Assembly (NCBI GenBank): GCA_963779615.1
Contig: CAVZZA010000003.1
Location: forward strand, 1,088,001 to 1,152,000
Direction of reading: 5' to 3'
From: an uncultured Nitrososphaeraceae archaeon
GTDB lineage: Archaea > Thermoproteota > Nitrososphaeria > Nitrososphaerales > Nitrososphaeraceae
Length of the DNA stretch: 64,000 nt
In this document: piece after piece, positions 11,000 through 22,610 of the stretch
How positions within the stretch are numbered: position 1 is the first letter of the stretch
How the letters are laid out: every line of letters begins with the position of its first letter
Position numbers and translations under genes: made by a program
The notes under the pieces: generated by a model
The model's database searches: none
What the model was told of the DNA's origin: nothing
What the model saw: only the letters and a program-made list of their open reading frames with translations

Positions 11000-11903
11000 T
11001 TTCAGTATACATAAACATAGTCATTCTATAGGTAAAAATGTAACATAAAAATACACTATAAATTAAACAAACAACAATAGTCCGAAATATTTTTGGCGTT
11101 TTCTTTATAGTTGCACCAAATGTTTTTGTTCAGTCGATTGAACATTACCACTTTAACATATGCCACAATAGAAACATATTTCGCATCCTGCTATGAAATC
11201 ATTATTCTACCTCTCTCAATCCGGTATGTTTTAAAAGAACAGTAAAAAAAGAGTAATCATATAAATATATTTGATTTTGTTTAAATCAGATACGATTAAC
11301 AATGATATATCGATACTAAACCGGTTGGTACAATAAAATTTCAATAAAAATTCTTTTTAAGACAATTTTATGTTATATCGTGATTCTCCAGAACATAATA
11401 GTCATCCATAAATTATTTTCACTACTTCCTATGATTATTCTAAACAGATTAAATAATGATATTTTCCGGATTACCTCTTTTATCATGTTTTGAAAGCGGT
11501 TATGATGTAGATACAACATATTCTCTGCCACCAACATTGTCTTGATTGCTATTGAAAAAGTAGTTCCCATAGTAACGGAAAAAATTGAGTTTTTCAACTA
11601 AGGAATATTAATTCACACGCGGATTACACCAAATGTACTATTTGCATTCATTCCTTATACGGCTAATTTCAAAATTGAGAATTCAAATTAAAGATAATAT
11701 TCAGTTTGATGACATTGTGCAAAACTATTATAATTCTAAAATTCAATCATCTTTCGAGTTTTACAATATTATTGAAAATAACGGATTTGTCATGGATAAA
11801 GTTTTTAGTCAAGACTTGAAAGAAATCGTAATTTCATGGTTTATAATGCCAAATTCATCTTGAAAGTTTTTAAGCCTAACTATGTTCATTACATGAACTG
11901 GTC

Positions 11904-14132
11904 TTGAGTGATAACCATAGTAATGATAATGATAATGATAGTACATTCTCATTATCAAATCCATCGGATTCATCACCAGGTTTGAGCGAAAACACAACAA
12001 CAACATATTCAAAACATCAACAACCGAAAGAAAAGACCGAGGTATGGCATGGCGAAGAAAAAGCCATGGACGTGCTAGCCCAAACTATGTACAATGTTAA
12101 AAAGAGGGCAGATGTTTGCGGCGACTCTTTGTCACCATCTTTTTCAATGGGTGTTGAACTGATTAAAAACGGATATATCGATTTTAAAAAAAGAGGAGTT
12201 ACAATACGATTCATTACAGAAATTACTAAAGAAAATCTTGGCTATTGCAAAGAATTAATGCAGTATGTTGACCTTCGGCACATTCCCGAAGTTAAAGGAA
12301 ATATGGCAGTTAGTGAGACAGAATATGTAGCTACCGCCAAACTTGAAGGAGAGTCAAAACCCGTTACGCAGACCATTTACAGCAACGCTAAAGCTGTAAT
12401 TGAACAGCATAGATATTTCTTTGAGAATTTATGGGTAAATGCAATACCGGCTAGCCAAAAAATTAGAGGAATAGAGTATGGAACAGAGCCAACAAAAACA
12501 GAGGTGTTGGAAAGTGAGGAGGAAATATCAAAAAGGATAACAGAGTTTGTTAAAAGGTCTGGCTGGCTGTATGTTTGCTCTACAATCGGGGGAATGCAGT
12601 TAAGTTACAACAATTTCTTTGATGTGTACAAAGACGCCGTGCAAAGGCACAGAAATGGAAAGCATAAAGGGGTCAGATGGATTACGGCAATAAACAACAA
12701 CAAGGATATAGAGTTGGCAAAAGCCTTTTTGGATGAAGGAATAAACGTACGCCATGTGAAAAGCATACCGCTCCCCAGTTTTGCCCTAAGCGACAAAATG
12801 CTGATCTCCACCATAGAAAAGATGGAGGGCGGAAGAATGGTCACTAACCTGCTCAGTAGCAACGACACTCTATACCTTAACCACTATGGCGCAATTTTTA
12901 AGGAGCTGTGGAAAACTGGCATTGATGCAAAATCCCGAATCAGGGATATCGAAGAGGGACACTACATAAATGTGGAGATAATGCCAAATCCAAAAGAGTC
13001 GATTAGGTTTGTCGCCGAATTAAACAAATCCGCCAAAGAAGAGATACTGATATTGTTATCTTCCGAGAACGGGTTTTTACGTACAGAAAAAAGTGGGGGT
13101 CTTAATTTATTGAATGAATTAGCTTCCAAGGGAACAAAAGTAAAAGTTCTAACCCCATCAGAGTTCAGCATCATGGGCAAAATAGATCAAATAAAATCAA
13201 AGTATCGCCATATTGAGTTTAGAAGTTTACAGTTTTCCTTGCAATTGGTAATGGGTATTACTATCATTGACAGAGAGAAAAGCATGATTTTTGAAATTAA
13301 AGACGATACCAAGGATAGCTTTCTGCAAACTCTGGGCATATCAATTTATATTGAAAGCAAATCTGCCGCGCGATCTTACATATCTATTTTTGAAAGCCTA
13401 TGGAAACAAACAGAGATGTATCAAGAATTACAAGCACATGACAGGATACAAAAGGAATTTATCAACACAGCAGCCCATGAACTTAGAACCCCAATTCAGC
13501 CAATACTTGGGCTTACAGAATATGTGAAGAGCAAAACAAAAGACAAGGAGCACAAAGAATTACTTGACATAGTAATCAAAAATACAAAGAAATTAAAAAA
13601 ACTGGCGGAAGATATTTTGGATGTCTCGAAAATTGAAAGCAATTCACTAAACCTAAACAAAGAAAGATTTACAATTGATGACCTAATATTGGACATTGTT
13701 AAAGAATTTGGAAGTAAATCAGCCAATGGCAAGAAAATAGAATTTGAATGCACAAACCCAAATGACATATCTACCACAATATATGGAGACAAAAACAGAA
13801 TGGGCCAGGTAATATCCAATTTAATTAGTAATTCTATAAAATTTATTGCAAAGGAAGGATTGATAACTACAAGCATAGAAAAAAGAAGTGGCAATAGCGA
13901 CAGTGAGAAGAACATAGTTGTTGTTAGAGTCAAAGACACAGGCATTGGAATAGATAACGAGATATTGCCAAAGCTATTTACAAAGTTTACCTCAAAATCC
14001 TTCCAGGGGACTGGGTTGGGATTGTATATTTCAAAAAGAATTGTCGAGGCCCATGACGGGAGAATATGGGCAGAAAACAATAAGGATGAAAAAGGCGCCA
14101 CATTTTCTTTTAGCCTGCCTTCAAATGACTAA
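11904..14132 (+). CDS. Sensor histidine kinase (Nitrososphaera-type cytoplasmic sensor)
   Basis: H-box AAHELRTPIQP, N-box NLISNSIKF, DTGIG, GTGLGL; repeated N-terminal input domains. Confidence 0.93.
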   Translation: MSDNHSNDNDNDSTFSLSNPSDSSPGLSENTTTTYSKHQQPKEKTEVWHGEEKAMDVLAQTMYNVKKRADVCGDSLSPSFSMGVELIKNGYIDFKKRGVTIRFITEITKENLGYCKELMQYVDLRHIPEVKGNMAVSETEYVATAKLEGESKPVTQTIYSNAKAVIEQHRYFFENLWVNAIPASQKIRGIEYGTEPTKTEVLESEEEISKRITEFVKRSGWLYVCSTIGGMQLSYNNFFDVYKDAVQRHRNGKHKGVRWITAINNNKDIELAKAFLDEGINVRHVKSIPLPSFALSDKMLISTIEKMEGGRMVTNLLSSNDTLYLNHYGAIFKELWKTGIDAKSRIRDIEEGHYINVEIMPNPKESIRFVAELNKSAKEEILILLSSENGFLRTEKSGGLNLLNELASKGTKVKVLTPSEFSIMGKIDQIKSKYRHIEFRSLQFSLQLVMGITIIDREKSMIFEIKDDTKDSFLQTLGISIYIESKSAARSYISIFESLWKQTEMYQELQAHDRIQKEFINTAAHELRTPIQPILGLTEYVKSKTKDKEHKELLDIVIKNTKKLKKLAEDILDVSKIESNSLNLNKERFTIDDLILDIVKEFGSKSANGKKIEFECTNPNDISTTIYGDKNRMGQVISNLISNSIKFIAKEGLITTSIEKRSGNSDSEKNIVVVRVKDTGIGIDNEILPKLFTKFTSKSFQGTGLGLYISKRIVEAHDGRIWAENNKDEKGATFSFSLPSND

Positions 14133-14312
14133 ATCCAAGACCGATTTCAAAAATTGAAAACTAATGAAAGATTGTCACAAATTCCTCACACCTGCAATCA
14201 ATAAAGTTCAGGGCTTGACTCACTGATTGACTAAATACAAAATAAAATTATTTGTATATTATTTTTAACCCAATAGACAAGGTGGGGGCGCCCCCTACAA
14301 AAAAGGACCTTG

Positions 14313-14810
14313 TTATGTAGGTGATGTTATCGTGTTAGAGGATTTTCCAAAAAATGCTTTTACATGTGGTCGGTAAAGATAATACAATATTATGATGTCG
14401 ATAGCTATCCCAATTATTTGCCCTATCAATCCTGACATTATTGAGGCGCCATCGTTGGAGATTGACGCAACAATTACTGAATTGGTAATTCCGGAAACTA
14501 TCTGAATGGCAATACTTATCACTGTCAGTATTATTGTAATTGTCCATGCCCAGCCTTTGCCTTTTAAGAGCCCATAGGACATGACTAGGTATCCTATACC
14601 CACTACAAGAAGGATTGCGCCTAACGATAGAAATACTATTCCAAAAAACGAACCCATTGATTCAGGTCCATTGGGGTTATTAGGGTTATCCGGGGTGGAA
14701 ATTGAAAACAATGCACCTGCACCAATCAAAGATAATCCACTAAATAGCAACAATATTCCAGATATTATGGCAAGAATTGCGATAATCGTTACACCTGTCG
14801 GTCTATTCAT
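14313..14810 (-). CDS. Four-TM membrane protein (RPTGVTIIAIL family)
   Basis: Four hydrophobic helices, GLLKGKGWAW and YLYRPHVKAFFG motifs. Confidence 0.8.
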   Translation of the reverse strand: MNRPTGVTIIAILAIISGILLLFSGLSLIGAGALFSISTPDNPNNPNGPESMGSFFGIVFLSLGAILLVVGIGYLVMSYGLLKGKGWAWTITIILTVISIAIQIVSGITNSVIVASISNDGASIMSGLIGQIIGIAIDIIILYYLYRPHVKAFFGKSSNTITSPT

Positions 14811-15280
14811 TTTTTGTGTCAAGGTTTTAAAATAAACACGCAACTAAATAAAGTTAAATTTTTATAATTTTCTTTCTTGTTTTGTTAATCTGTAATTTAC
14901 AAGGCAAGGAAAAAACCAGGCGATAACATAAGTACGCAGCAAATCACTATTACCACGGACTATCATTAGGAAATTTGTCAAAATGGATTTCTTTTTGATT
15001 TTCCAAAATCAATACACCCCTATTTCTGTTGTGTAATTCAATTTTTAAAATCATGCTATTTTTTCATTTACTATATACATCTGATGTTCGATATAATAAT
15101 CATATAGATAAGTTTATTTTGAATACATGGCGTCCTTTTTGCTCAGCCTGCAAATCAAATTGCAGCATAATAACTATTCTTTTGTTATGGCTAAAACTTA
15201 ATTACCTGTATAGTTCAACTAATAGCACAGTGTTGCACATTGTAACACAATTCATTAAACATGGAGACGAGAAAACATAA

Positions 15281-15574
15281 ATGAAGAAACCTAATTGGGT
15301 ATGCTCTGCATGCAGCATGTGGTCAAGCAGAAAATCCAGTGTAAAACGCCATATAAAAAATCAGCACAATGGTAATACTTCATTGGTTACATTTATGGAC
15401 TACATAGTGGGGAGACAATCAGGGCGATATTTACGGCCGTCCCCACCGCCATCTTCATTTCAGCGCTCTAATTACCAGAATAAAGAGAAAGAGTCCCCTC
15501 TGGATACATTTACACATGAATATATGAAAGAAAAAGCAAGACTAGCTGCCAGAAAAGAGATGGGTCTTATTTAA
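15281..15574 (+). CDS. Small C2H2 zinc-finger protein
   Basis: CSAC...SSRKSSVKRHIKNQH. Confidence 0.75.
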   Translation: MKKPNWVCSACSMWSSRKSSVKRHIKNQHNGNTSLVTFMDYIVGRQSGRYLRPSPPPSSFQRSNYQNKEKESPLDTFTHEYMKEKARLAARKEMGLI

Positions 15575-15993
15575 TTTTGGAATCTGTTCAACAAATAATC
15601 TAATTGCATTCAGTGACGCGGGAATTGGAATATGATAGGACTTTAAATGGAGGACAAGATATGTATCATCTGTGCTCCAATGGAACATTTTGGATCAAAT
15701 ATTTTATCCCTTTTTTATATGACCCAAGTTTTTCGAAATTATTGAAACAGTGGTCAATTTGATCATTGTTTCGGTCAAATCGGTCAAAAAATAGTCTTTT
15801 TTATGCACTACTATGAGCGTGATTTGAGCACGGTGGATATTATCATTTACCTTAGGAAATAAGAGTTGAAATAACTTTGGCGTATATCTTTAGTATTAAA
15901 AATTGAATTTGTTTCAATGTAATTTTTAAATATGATTTTTATTAAGGCCAATGCTGTTTCAACGGATACATACCCTATTCAATTTAACCCTAT

Positions 15994-16275
15994 TCAATTT
16001 AACCTTCTGCTTATTGTACTGTAATCGGGGATTGACGGCAATTTTCCTTTGGCATGTCCTTTTGCAGTACCCTCTGTTTGAAGAAAGGGTAGATGAAAGT
16101 ACGCTTTGACATGTCCCAGTAAAAGAAGAAATGCGTTGGGATGTTGAAACGGTTCGTCGGACTTATCTCCGTATACATCCTTTAGTTCTTGGCCCCAGTT
16201 GTCAATGACATCAAAACCGAGTAGGATCTCGCCACGCCTAACAAGCATTTGGTTGTATTCTGACCATTTCACACA
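15994..16275 (-). mobile_element. IS5-family transposase N-terminal relic
   Basis: VKWSEYNQMLVRRGEILLGFD...HLPFLQTEG...IPDYSTISRR; truncated before the DDE core. Confidence 0.85.
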
Positions 16276-16440
16276 GTTCGTAGGTGGGGGCCAGCTAAGT
16301 GTATTTGGAAATAAGGAATCATGCAACAAAGCACAACTAGACTACATCTTACACAACTCAACCAGGCAAGGCCATTTATTTAATAATTATTTTTTAGAAT
16401 ACGGTATTAGGTATTCTACTTTTGCTTTTTTCCTTTGACT

Positions 16441-17136
16441 TTATATTTTCTTTTTATCAAATGTTATTTCCAGTATTCCATTATTATACCTGGACCTAGC
16501 AGTTTCAATATCTGTTTCTGGGGGTAATCCTATAGTTTTGTGACATTTTCTTTGAGGGTTGTCAGCTGTCACCTCAACTGTTTCACCATAAGCGTTTATC
16601 TTGATGTCTTCTTTCTTTACACCCAGTATTTCCATTACAACTTTGACTTCTTTGTCGGTTGTATTCACATCGACTAGGGGCTCTCTTTCAGTAATTTTCT
16701 GCGAGTCTTCTCCAGATCCATTTTCTGCAAATCCTATTTTTTCTGCTACTGCATCAAGAGAATCAACATTTCCAAATTCTATAACACGAGGTTTACCATC
16801 AAATCCAATAGTCATTGAATATCCATAAACCAGTGGCCTGGCTTCTCTTACGCGTCTGCCATCAAATCCAATAGTCATTGAATATCCATAAACCAGTGGC
16901 CTGGCTTCTCTTACGAGAGGTCTACCTCCTTCAGGTATTTGGTGTTCTCTTACTAATTCTTTTGGTGCGTTTGATTGGACATGGTTTGATTGGCCAAATC
17001 TTCTCCCTATTTCTGCTTGTATAGCATCAAATTCACTAAGCCTGTTACTTCCTATTGATTTGCTTTTTACACTATTTCTACCACGGCCAAAAAATCTCTT
17101 AAACCCATCATAATTAATTATATCTTTAACATTCAT
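16441..17136 (-). CDS. hsp20: Archaeal small heat-shock protein Hsp20 with an internal 63-bp duplication
   Basis: PLVYGYSMTIG..GKPRVIEFGN, EREPLVDV, ARSRYNNGILEITF alpha-crystallin signature. Confidence 0.88.
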   Translation of the reverse strand: MNVKDIINYDGFKRFFGRGRNSVKSKSIGSNRLSEFDAIQAEIGRRFGQSNHVQSNAPKELVREHQIPEGGRPLVREARPLVYGYSMTIGFDGRRVREARPLVYGYSMTIGFDGKPRVIEFGNVDSLDAVAEKIGFAENGSGEDSQKITEREPLVDVNTTDKEVKVVMEILGVKKEDIKINAYGETVEVTADNPQRKCHKTIGLPPETDIETARSRYNNGILEITFDKKKI

Positions 17137-17267
17137 TTGTATTATTTCCTTTAATACTATGTAATATACATTACATAATATATATTTTTCTAACATTTTG
17201 TTATTTTTATATATATAAAGTAAAAAATACATTTTGGATTTACATATTCTAATACTCTGATTTAGTT

Positions 17268-17631
17268 ATGAACTTTAAAAAAATAATAACAAAAATCATC
17301 GTCAACCCAATAAAATCATTGCCCAAATTATTGTCAGTTGGCATAATATCTCTGTTTAGTGCTATACATCTACCTCGTTATCAAATAGAGGCATAATCTC
17401 CTATGCACAACAACAATCAGTAGATCCCTGGTCTGAGGCTTTAAAAACAGCTCGATCAAAATTGGAGACAGCAACACCACCTGGGGCGTTTGGAAATGGT
17501 GTTCCAGACCTGTGTAACATAACGACTCAAGAATTACTGATGGTCTTTGGAATTATATCCATTGGTAGCATATTGGTGTATACCACAATCAACTTGATAA
17601 ATCGCAGAGAGAAGATAAAAAGTGACCATTG
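17268..17631 (+). pseudogene. Small membrane protein, one frameshift
   Basis: MNFKKIITK..LLSVGIISLF / ISYAQQQSVDPWSEALKTARSKLETATPPGAFGNGVP..LLMVFGIISIGSILVY. Confidence 0.45.
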
Positions 17632-17648
17632 ATCACTACTGTTTCTGC

Positions 17649-17831
17649 GGCCCTGTTAACTTAAGTATTTTATAATAATTTTATTTAACTATTCCCTAGG
17701 TTCATTTTACCCGTCAGGTAGAATTTGTTCTATTTTAAGCATAATTTGTGGCCAATTATCTCTAAAAAATATTTTACCATGATTTTTAATGGCTTAAAAT
17801 AATGGAAAAATTTCCTTAAGTTAACAGAGCC
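17649..17831. mobile_element. 183-bp MITE with 17-bp TIRs and 8-bp target-site duplication
   Basis: GGCCCTGTTAACTTAAG (17649-17665) versus CTTAAGTTAACAGAGCC (17815-17831), 16/17 inverted match; GTTTCTGC flanks both ends (17641-17648, 17832-17839). Confidence 0.88.
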
Positions 17832-18097
17832 GTTTCTGCTCATTAAAAGGATATTAATCACCTAAAACAAGAGACTAAGCCTTTCTTTTTTAACTTTCTT
17901 TAAGGAATTAATGCATTATTAATAAAACAAATAAAGGTATAGTAGAGATTCGACATTAAATGAATAAGAATTTCCACATTATCTAAAAGTATTACAAACA
18001 TAAGACTCTGATTCCAGATTTGATGATTTCATATATTACCTATACCAAACATTATAACAACCAGAATGAACAAATATGGATTCAAGGTGAAAATATA

Positions 18098-19147
18098 ATG
18101 AGTGACAACTTTTCTGAATATCTAATTGATACAATAAACAAAGGCTCATTATCTTTGATGTTATCAATCGGTCATAGAGCTAAATTATTTGATCTAATGT
18201 CTACTCTGCCCCCATCATCCATTAAAGAAATTGCAGAGAAATCCAAACTTAATGAAAGATATGTTAAGGAATGGCTTGGGGCAATGGTAACTGGAAAAAT
18301 TATTGATTATGATTCTGAAAATAACACATTTACATTAGCAAAAGAAAAAGCACAATGCCTGACTCGAGAAGACAGCGTATATAATTTTGCTGCATCAATG
18401 CAATGGATTCCAGTATTAGCTCAAGTTGAAGATGAAATTTTAGAATGCTTCAGTAAAGGTGGTGGCGTTCCTTACTCCTCCTATCATCGATTCCATGAGG
18501 TCATGGCAGAAGAAAGCTATCAAACAGTAGTAACAGGCTTAATCGAACACATTTTGCCTTTAGCTCCAAATCTTATCAATAAATTAGAAAAAGGAATCAA
18601 AGTACTGGACATAGGATGTGGAATGGGCAAGGCTGTCAATATGATGGCCAAACATTTTCCTAATAGCACTTTTTATGGATATGATTTATCTGAGCAGGCA
18701 ATTGAAGTGGCAAAAAAAGAAGCAACAAAAATAGGAAACCCAAACACAGTTTTTCAGGTACAAGACATTCTCAATCTAAATTTTATAGAAAAATTTGATT
18801 GTATTACCGCATTTGATGCAATACATGACCAACCAAAACCAGATGAAGTATTGAGGAATATATATAAATCGTTAAACAATGGAGGAATGTTTCTTATGCA
18901 AGATATTCTTGCATCTACATCTTTAAAAGACAATGTTGCACACCCTCTTGGTCCTTTCCTCTACACAATATCATGTTTACATTGTGTGTCTGTCTCACTA
19001 TCTCAGAACGGGGCAGGCCTTGGTGCGATGTGGGGTAAAGAAAAAGCTATTGAAATGTTAAAGGAATCTGGATTTTCAAATGTGGAGGTTAAAACTTTAC
19101 CTCATGATTTCCAAAATTATTACTATACATCCTACAGGGAAGAATAA
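18098..19147 (+). CDS. wHTH + class I SAM-dependent methyltransferase (Rv2258c-like)
   Basis: LNERYVKEWLGAM N-terminal HTH, LDIGCGMG, FDAIHD, GLGAMWG. Confidence 0.9.
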   Translation: MSDNFSEYLIDTINKGSLSLMLSIGHRAKLFDLMSTLPPSSIKEIAEKSKLNERYVKEWLGAMVTGKIIDYDSENNTFTLAKEKAQCLTREDSVYNFAASMQWIPVLAQVEDEILECFSKGGGVPYSSYHRFHEVMAEESYQTVVTGLIEHILPLAPNLINKLEKGIKVLDIGCGMGKAVNMMAKHFPNSTFYGYDLSEQAIEVAKKEATKIGNPNTVFQVQDILNLNFIEKFDCITAFDAIHDQPKPDEVLRNIYKSLNNGGMFLMQDILASTSLKDNVAHPLGPFLYTISCLHCVSVSLSQNGAGLGAMWGKEKAIEMLKESGFSNVEVKTLPHDFQNYYYTSYREE

Positions 19148-19151
19148 TAGG

Positions 19152-19285
19152 TTAGTGTGTTTGACCCGGGTTGTCTTGGGGTTGGAAAATACTTTCCAGA
19201 ACAAACATAATCCATGCCAAACAGAAAGAAGAGGAGGCAAGATTCGTCTCAAGAGGAAAAAGACTACAATCAACACTATTCTATT
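19152..19285 (+). mobile_element. IS5-family (DDE_Tnp_4-like) transposase C-terminal relic
   Basis: VFDPGCLGVGKYFPEQT*SMPNRKKRRQDSSQEEKDYNQHYS resembles the DLGYLG...KK..L..EEKEYN region. Confidence 0.65.
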
Positions 19286-20009
19286 TTTGAACGACCTTTG
19301 CCAAGTTCCCGTTCGGCAGACAATCATTTTATGAATGCCAAAAGCCATTTTGCAATCACAAAATCATCTCTTGGTTGTATTCTTTTTGCTTTTTTAATTG
19401 TGTAGCGTAATCTTTAGCCATATTAAGTACCAGTGGTTTCATCGTATCACAAAATAACTTACATAACAGGTCAAATGTCGCTTCTGTTATTTGCATATAT
19501 GATTGATTGGAATTACTTACAAAATTGTACCAATTATCATTCAGCATTTTAAAAAATTCATAGAGAGGGTTCGGAGAATGGTAATTGTCTTTTGTTGGGA
19601 TGTAGTAATCCATATGCAAAAATCTTATCAACTTCTATAAATAATGATTTATTTCCAAGACAAAATATCTATAAAAAATTTATAGGAAAATATCCAAATG
19701 CTATATGTGACTTTTATTAATGGTTGCATTGTCATAAACCATTTATTAAATTCTTGTTTTTATGACAGCAAATAAGGCAATGATTTTCATCAAATACTTA
19801 GTTGCTTTTTGTAAAATTTCATTGTAACCTGTATTGCATTCTATACCTTCCAAGACATACACAATTAATTATGGCAGAGGCATTTAAAGACCTGAAGTTA
19901 ATCAACTATTTTGCCATCTTCTCAACTACAAACTTTCCTTTTAGGATTGGCCAATATTTCTATAATAGGTCTAGGAAGATAGCATTGGTTACCTCTTTGT
20001 TTATCATAT

Positions 20010-20225
20010 GCTTGAGGTTTTGGCAGTATTGTTATTGGTTGAATTGTTGGTATAGACCCATTTTTTAGCATTTATCTCTGGGGCATCAATTAATCCATCC
20101 AGACTCTTGGTCCCTGCATTGTTATCCGGAGGAATGGTGGGGAATCTGTGGCTATATTGGGCCACCCATTTATTGGAATATCCATAATCGCTACAATATT
20201 AGGAAAAAATTTGGCAATGGATGAT
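20010..20225 (+). pseudogene. Aquaporin (MIP) C-terminal relic, copy 1
   Basis: GFGSIVIG*IVGID..AFISGASINPSR..PALLSGGMVGNLWLYW; aligns with 42720-42932. Confidence 0.8.
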
Positions 20226-20250
20226 ATTAATTTGTTGAAATATATGCCAT

Positions 20251-20320
20251 TCTACATGAAAAGCAACATAAAAACAACACATGTAGCAGTTGTAAAAATA
20301 CAATAACAGAGAAAGCAGTA
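20251..20320 (+). repeat. CAACA-repeat element, copy 1
   Basis: AAAAGCAACATAAAAACAACACATGTAGCAG. Confidence 0.8.
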
Positions 20321-20400
20321 GATTTTTGTTTCTTTCATAAACCAACAGGATAATAATATTTGTTGTTGATGGTATTATCAGCAAAAGAGAAATAGGCTTG

Positions 20401-20472
20401 GTCAACAATCCGGTCAACAAACAACTTGTTTTGAGTATAAAAGAGGTGTGAAGTGCGGAATTTGTACTCGCG
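20401..20472 (-). repeat. Degenerate att copy (tRNA-Gly 3' end plus GTCAACAA arm)
   Basis: GGTGTGAAGTGCGGAATTTGTACTCGCG, 4 mismatches in 28 versus 50829-50856; preceded by two GTCAACAA. Confidence 0.75.
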
Positions 20473-20940
20473 TCCATCACTTTGATGGGACTTGATAAAA
20501 GTGGCACCTCTTCATCCAACAAGTGGGTCATCTTTTTCATGATGATGGAATTTAACTTTAACTTGTACTCATAGGACTTTAAAACCTGCTTCTATCCATG
20601 ATGAAATCGGATTACAGGCTTTAAGAAGGGACATGGTTGAGATAGGGGACAAAAGTATTAAAGGTTAGTCTTTTGCCCTGTCAATTATATCCATATGCAT
20701 ATGCGTTTATTGTCCTTTAATGCTGTTCTATTTTAAAAAGGGAATGAAGGAACCGGGCTTTTTAAGTTGGTTACTCAAGTCCTGGTCGCTTCTTTTTGAG
20801 TTTTTCTTTTCTTTAGCCGTCTTTTGGCTTCAGCATACATGCCATGCCATTATTGAGATATTGGCTTTTATGATGGCTTACAAATGCACTGTACTTTTGC
20901 TACCTACCCACTTTTATAGCGTACAAAGGACAGTATCAAC

Positions 20941-21369
20941 ATGAATCAAACAAATGCAACAGAAAGTGGAATGGAAAGAGGAAATGGAAACAGAAACCTT
21001 GTTCTTTTGTTTATATACAGGGCCCCAAAAAAGAATCACCAAGCGATTGTTGATCTGAACAATCGTGTAATTGGCACGTTTAAGGAATATGGCGTTCAGG
21101 GATTCGAGATGTTCCAGCTAGGGAACACCCAAGACATGATGGGATTTACCAACATAGCCAAAACCATCTCAGCTAATGGGGATGAGGAGGAAGTGTGGTT
21201 GGAAATCCAATCATATAGGGACCACAAACACCTGGAAGAGGTTGGGGCAAAGATGATGAGTGACGAAAAGATGAAAGCGGAGGGTCAACAGTTTATGAAC
21301 CTCATCACACCGGGCTCACGCTGCAGTTTTGGGGAATTCAACCGCCTCACTGAACTGGGCTTTATATAA
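20941..21369 (+). CDS. DUF1428-like dimeric alpha/beta-barrel protein
   Basis: 142-aa ORF; EEVWLEIQSYRDHKHLEEVGAKMMSD..FGEF pattern. Confidence 0.6.
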   Translation: MNQTNATESGMERGNGNRNLVLLFIYRAPKKNHQAIVDLNNRVIGTFKEYGVQGFEMFQLGNTQDMMGFTNIAKTISANGDEEEVWLEIQSYRDHKHLEEVGAKMMSDEKMKAEGQQFMNLITPGSRCSFGEFNRLTELGFI

Positions 21370-21470
21370 CTAGGGTATAGTCATCCCTTTTGCCTCTTCC
21401 TTTGTTATAAATCCCTGTATCCTTTTCCATGTCTGTCTCCTTTCACACGCCATTTCGGAAAAGTCCCTAT

Positions 21471-21586
21471 CCAACAATTCAACCCATTTGTCAACCATTC
21501 CAGGCATGAAATTAGGCAGTAAAAGTTTATTCAACAAAGAATTTGTTTTGAATGCCAAAAAGATGCAAAATGCGGAATTTGAACCC
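21471..21586 (-). repeat. Degenerate att copy (tRNA-Gly 3' end plus arm)
   Basis: GATGCAAAATGCGGAATTTGAACCC (4 mismatches in 25); upstream CAACAATTC..CATTTGTCAACCATT matches 50735-50765. Confidence 0.78.
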
Positions 21587-21649
21587 TAAATGTTGGGATA
21601 CAAAATGGGTATGTAAGCATAATTTTTAGACAAGTATCTCAAAAACAAT

Positions 21650-21880
21650 TACCCTTAATCAAAACCTAAAATGAGCCCACCAATCAATCCAAAGCCTATT
21701 TGCTTTCTTTCCCGTAACCATTACCAAACGAGGTAACCACCACCCATTTCTGCAATTGCTGCAACCGCAAATAACGTAAATGCGGATATAAAAAGTAAAA
21801 GTTTATTGTCATCACTATTTGCAGGAACTAATTCCAATTTTATCATCTTCTTCTTTTCTTGGTTAGTAACATATTATGAT
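21650..21880 (-). pseudogene. YnfA/UPF0060 membrane protein relic
   Basis: LFAVAAIAEMGGGYLVW*WLRERKQIGFGLIGGLIL. Confidence 0.7.
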
Positions 21881-21889
21881 GACCACGTT

Positions 21890-22448
21890 ACTAGCAATCA
21901 TTGTTCCCAAGATTGCATTTGCCCCCCTTTGTGGGCATCGTAATAGGCGTATACTCATTTGGAAAAATATCAATGGCCCACTTTAATCCCGATGTAACTT
22001 TGAGTTTCTTGATTACAGAACATAGTGAAAAGACAATTATTGCTGTACATATCTGCAGAGATAACAGGGGCGCTATTGGCAAGCCTGTTTGTAAAGTATG
22101 TCATATGAAATGAGGCTTTCCTTGGAGCCAAATCACCAAACTATGCCTATCCTCTGCCTTTGATATTTGGGGTAGAGGTATTGGCTTCCTCTTTACTGAT
22201 GACTGTAATTTTGGTTGTTGTATATACAAAGGGCCTGAGAGGTTTTGGCGGTATTGTTATTGGTACCATGGTTGGCTTGGACATATTTTTTTGGTATTTA
22301 TATCAGGAGCGTCAATGAACCCTGCCAGGTCCTTGGCCCCCGCCTTGTTATCAGGGGGAATGATACGAAACCTATGGCTGTATTGAACCGCCACATTTAT
22401 TGGAACATCCATAATCGCGACAATATTACGAAAAAGTTCAGCAAATAA
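21890..22448 (+). pseudogene. Aquaporin (MIP) relic, copy 2
   Basis: PFVGIVIGVYSFGKISMAHFNPDVT ... SGASMNPARSLAPAL; several frameshifts and stops; near-identical in parts to 39840-40229. Confidence 0.88.
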
Positions 22449-22486
22449 TTGCTTTGTGCATACATTTCAAAAAACATTGTCATTTT

Positions 22487-22610
22487 CTATCAAAAACAAC
22501 ATAAAAAACAACATATGTAGCAGTTGAAGATGTGTGGCAGCAGAGATAGCAGTTGGCAAAATATTGTAACACAGATACCAAAACTCATTATATTACAAAC
22601 CAACTGAATA
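22487..22610 (+). repeat. CAACA-repeat element, copy 2
   Basis: CTATCAAAAACAACATAAAAAACAACATATGTAGCAG; similarity to 42971-43090 continues for ~120 bp. Confidence 0.85.

Noticed and set aside
13496-14101. 201-aa minus-strand ORF and similar antisense ORFs over iaaA, ths, the ATPase and PfkB
   Set aside because: Fully overlap well-supported genes on the opposite strand and show no motifs
15586-15632. Possible sixth att copy (GTTCAACAAATAATC...GCGGGAATTGGAA)
   Set aside because: Too degenerate and gapped to distinguish from chance without a computed alignment
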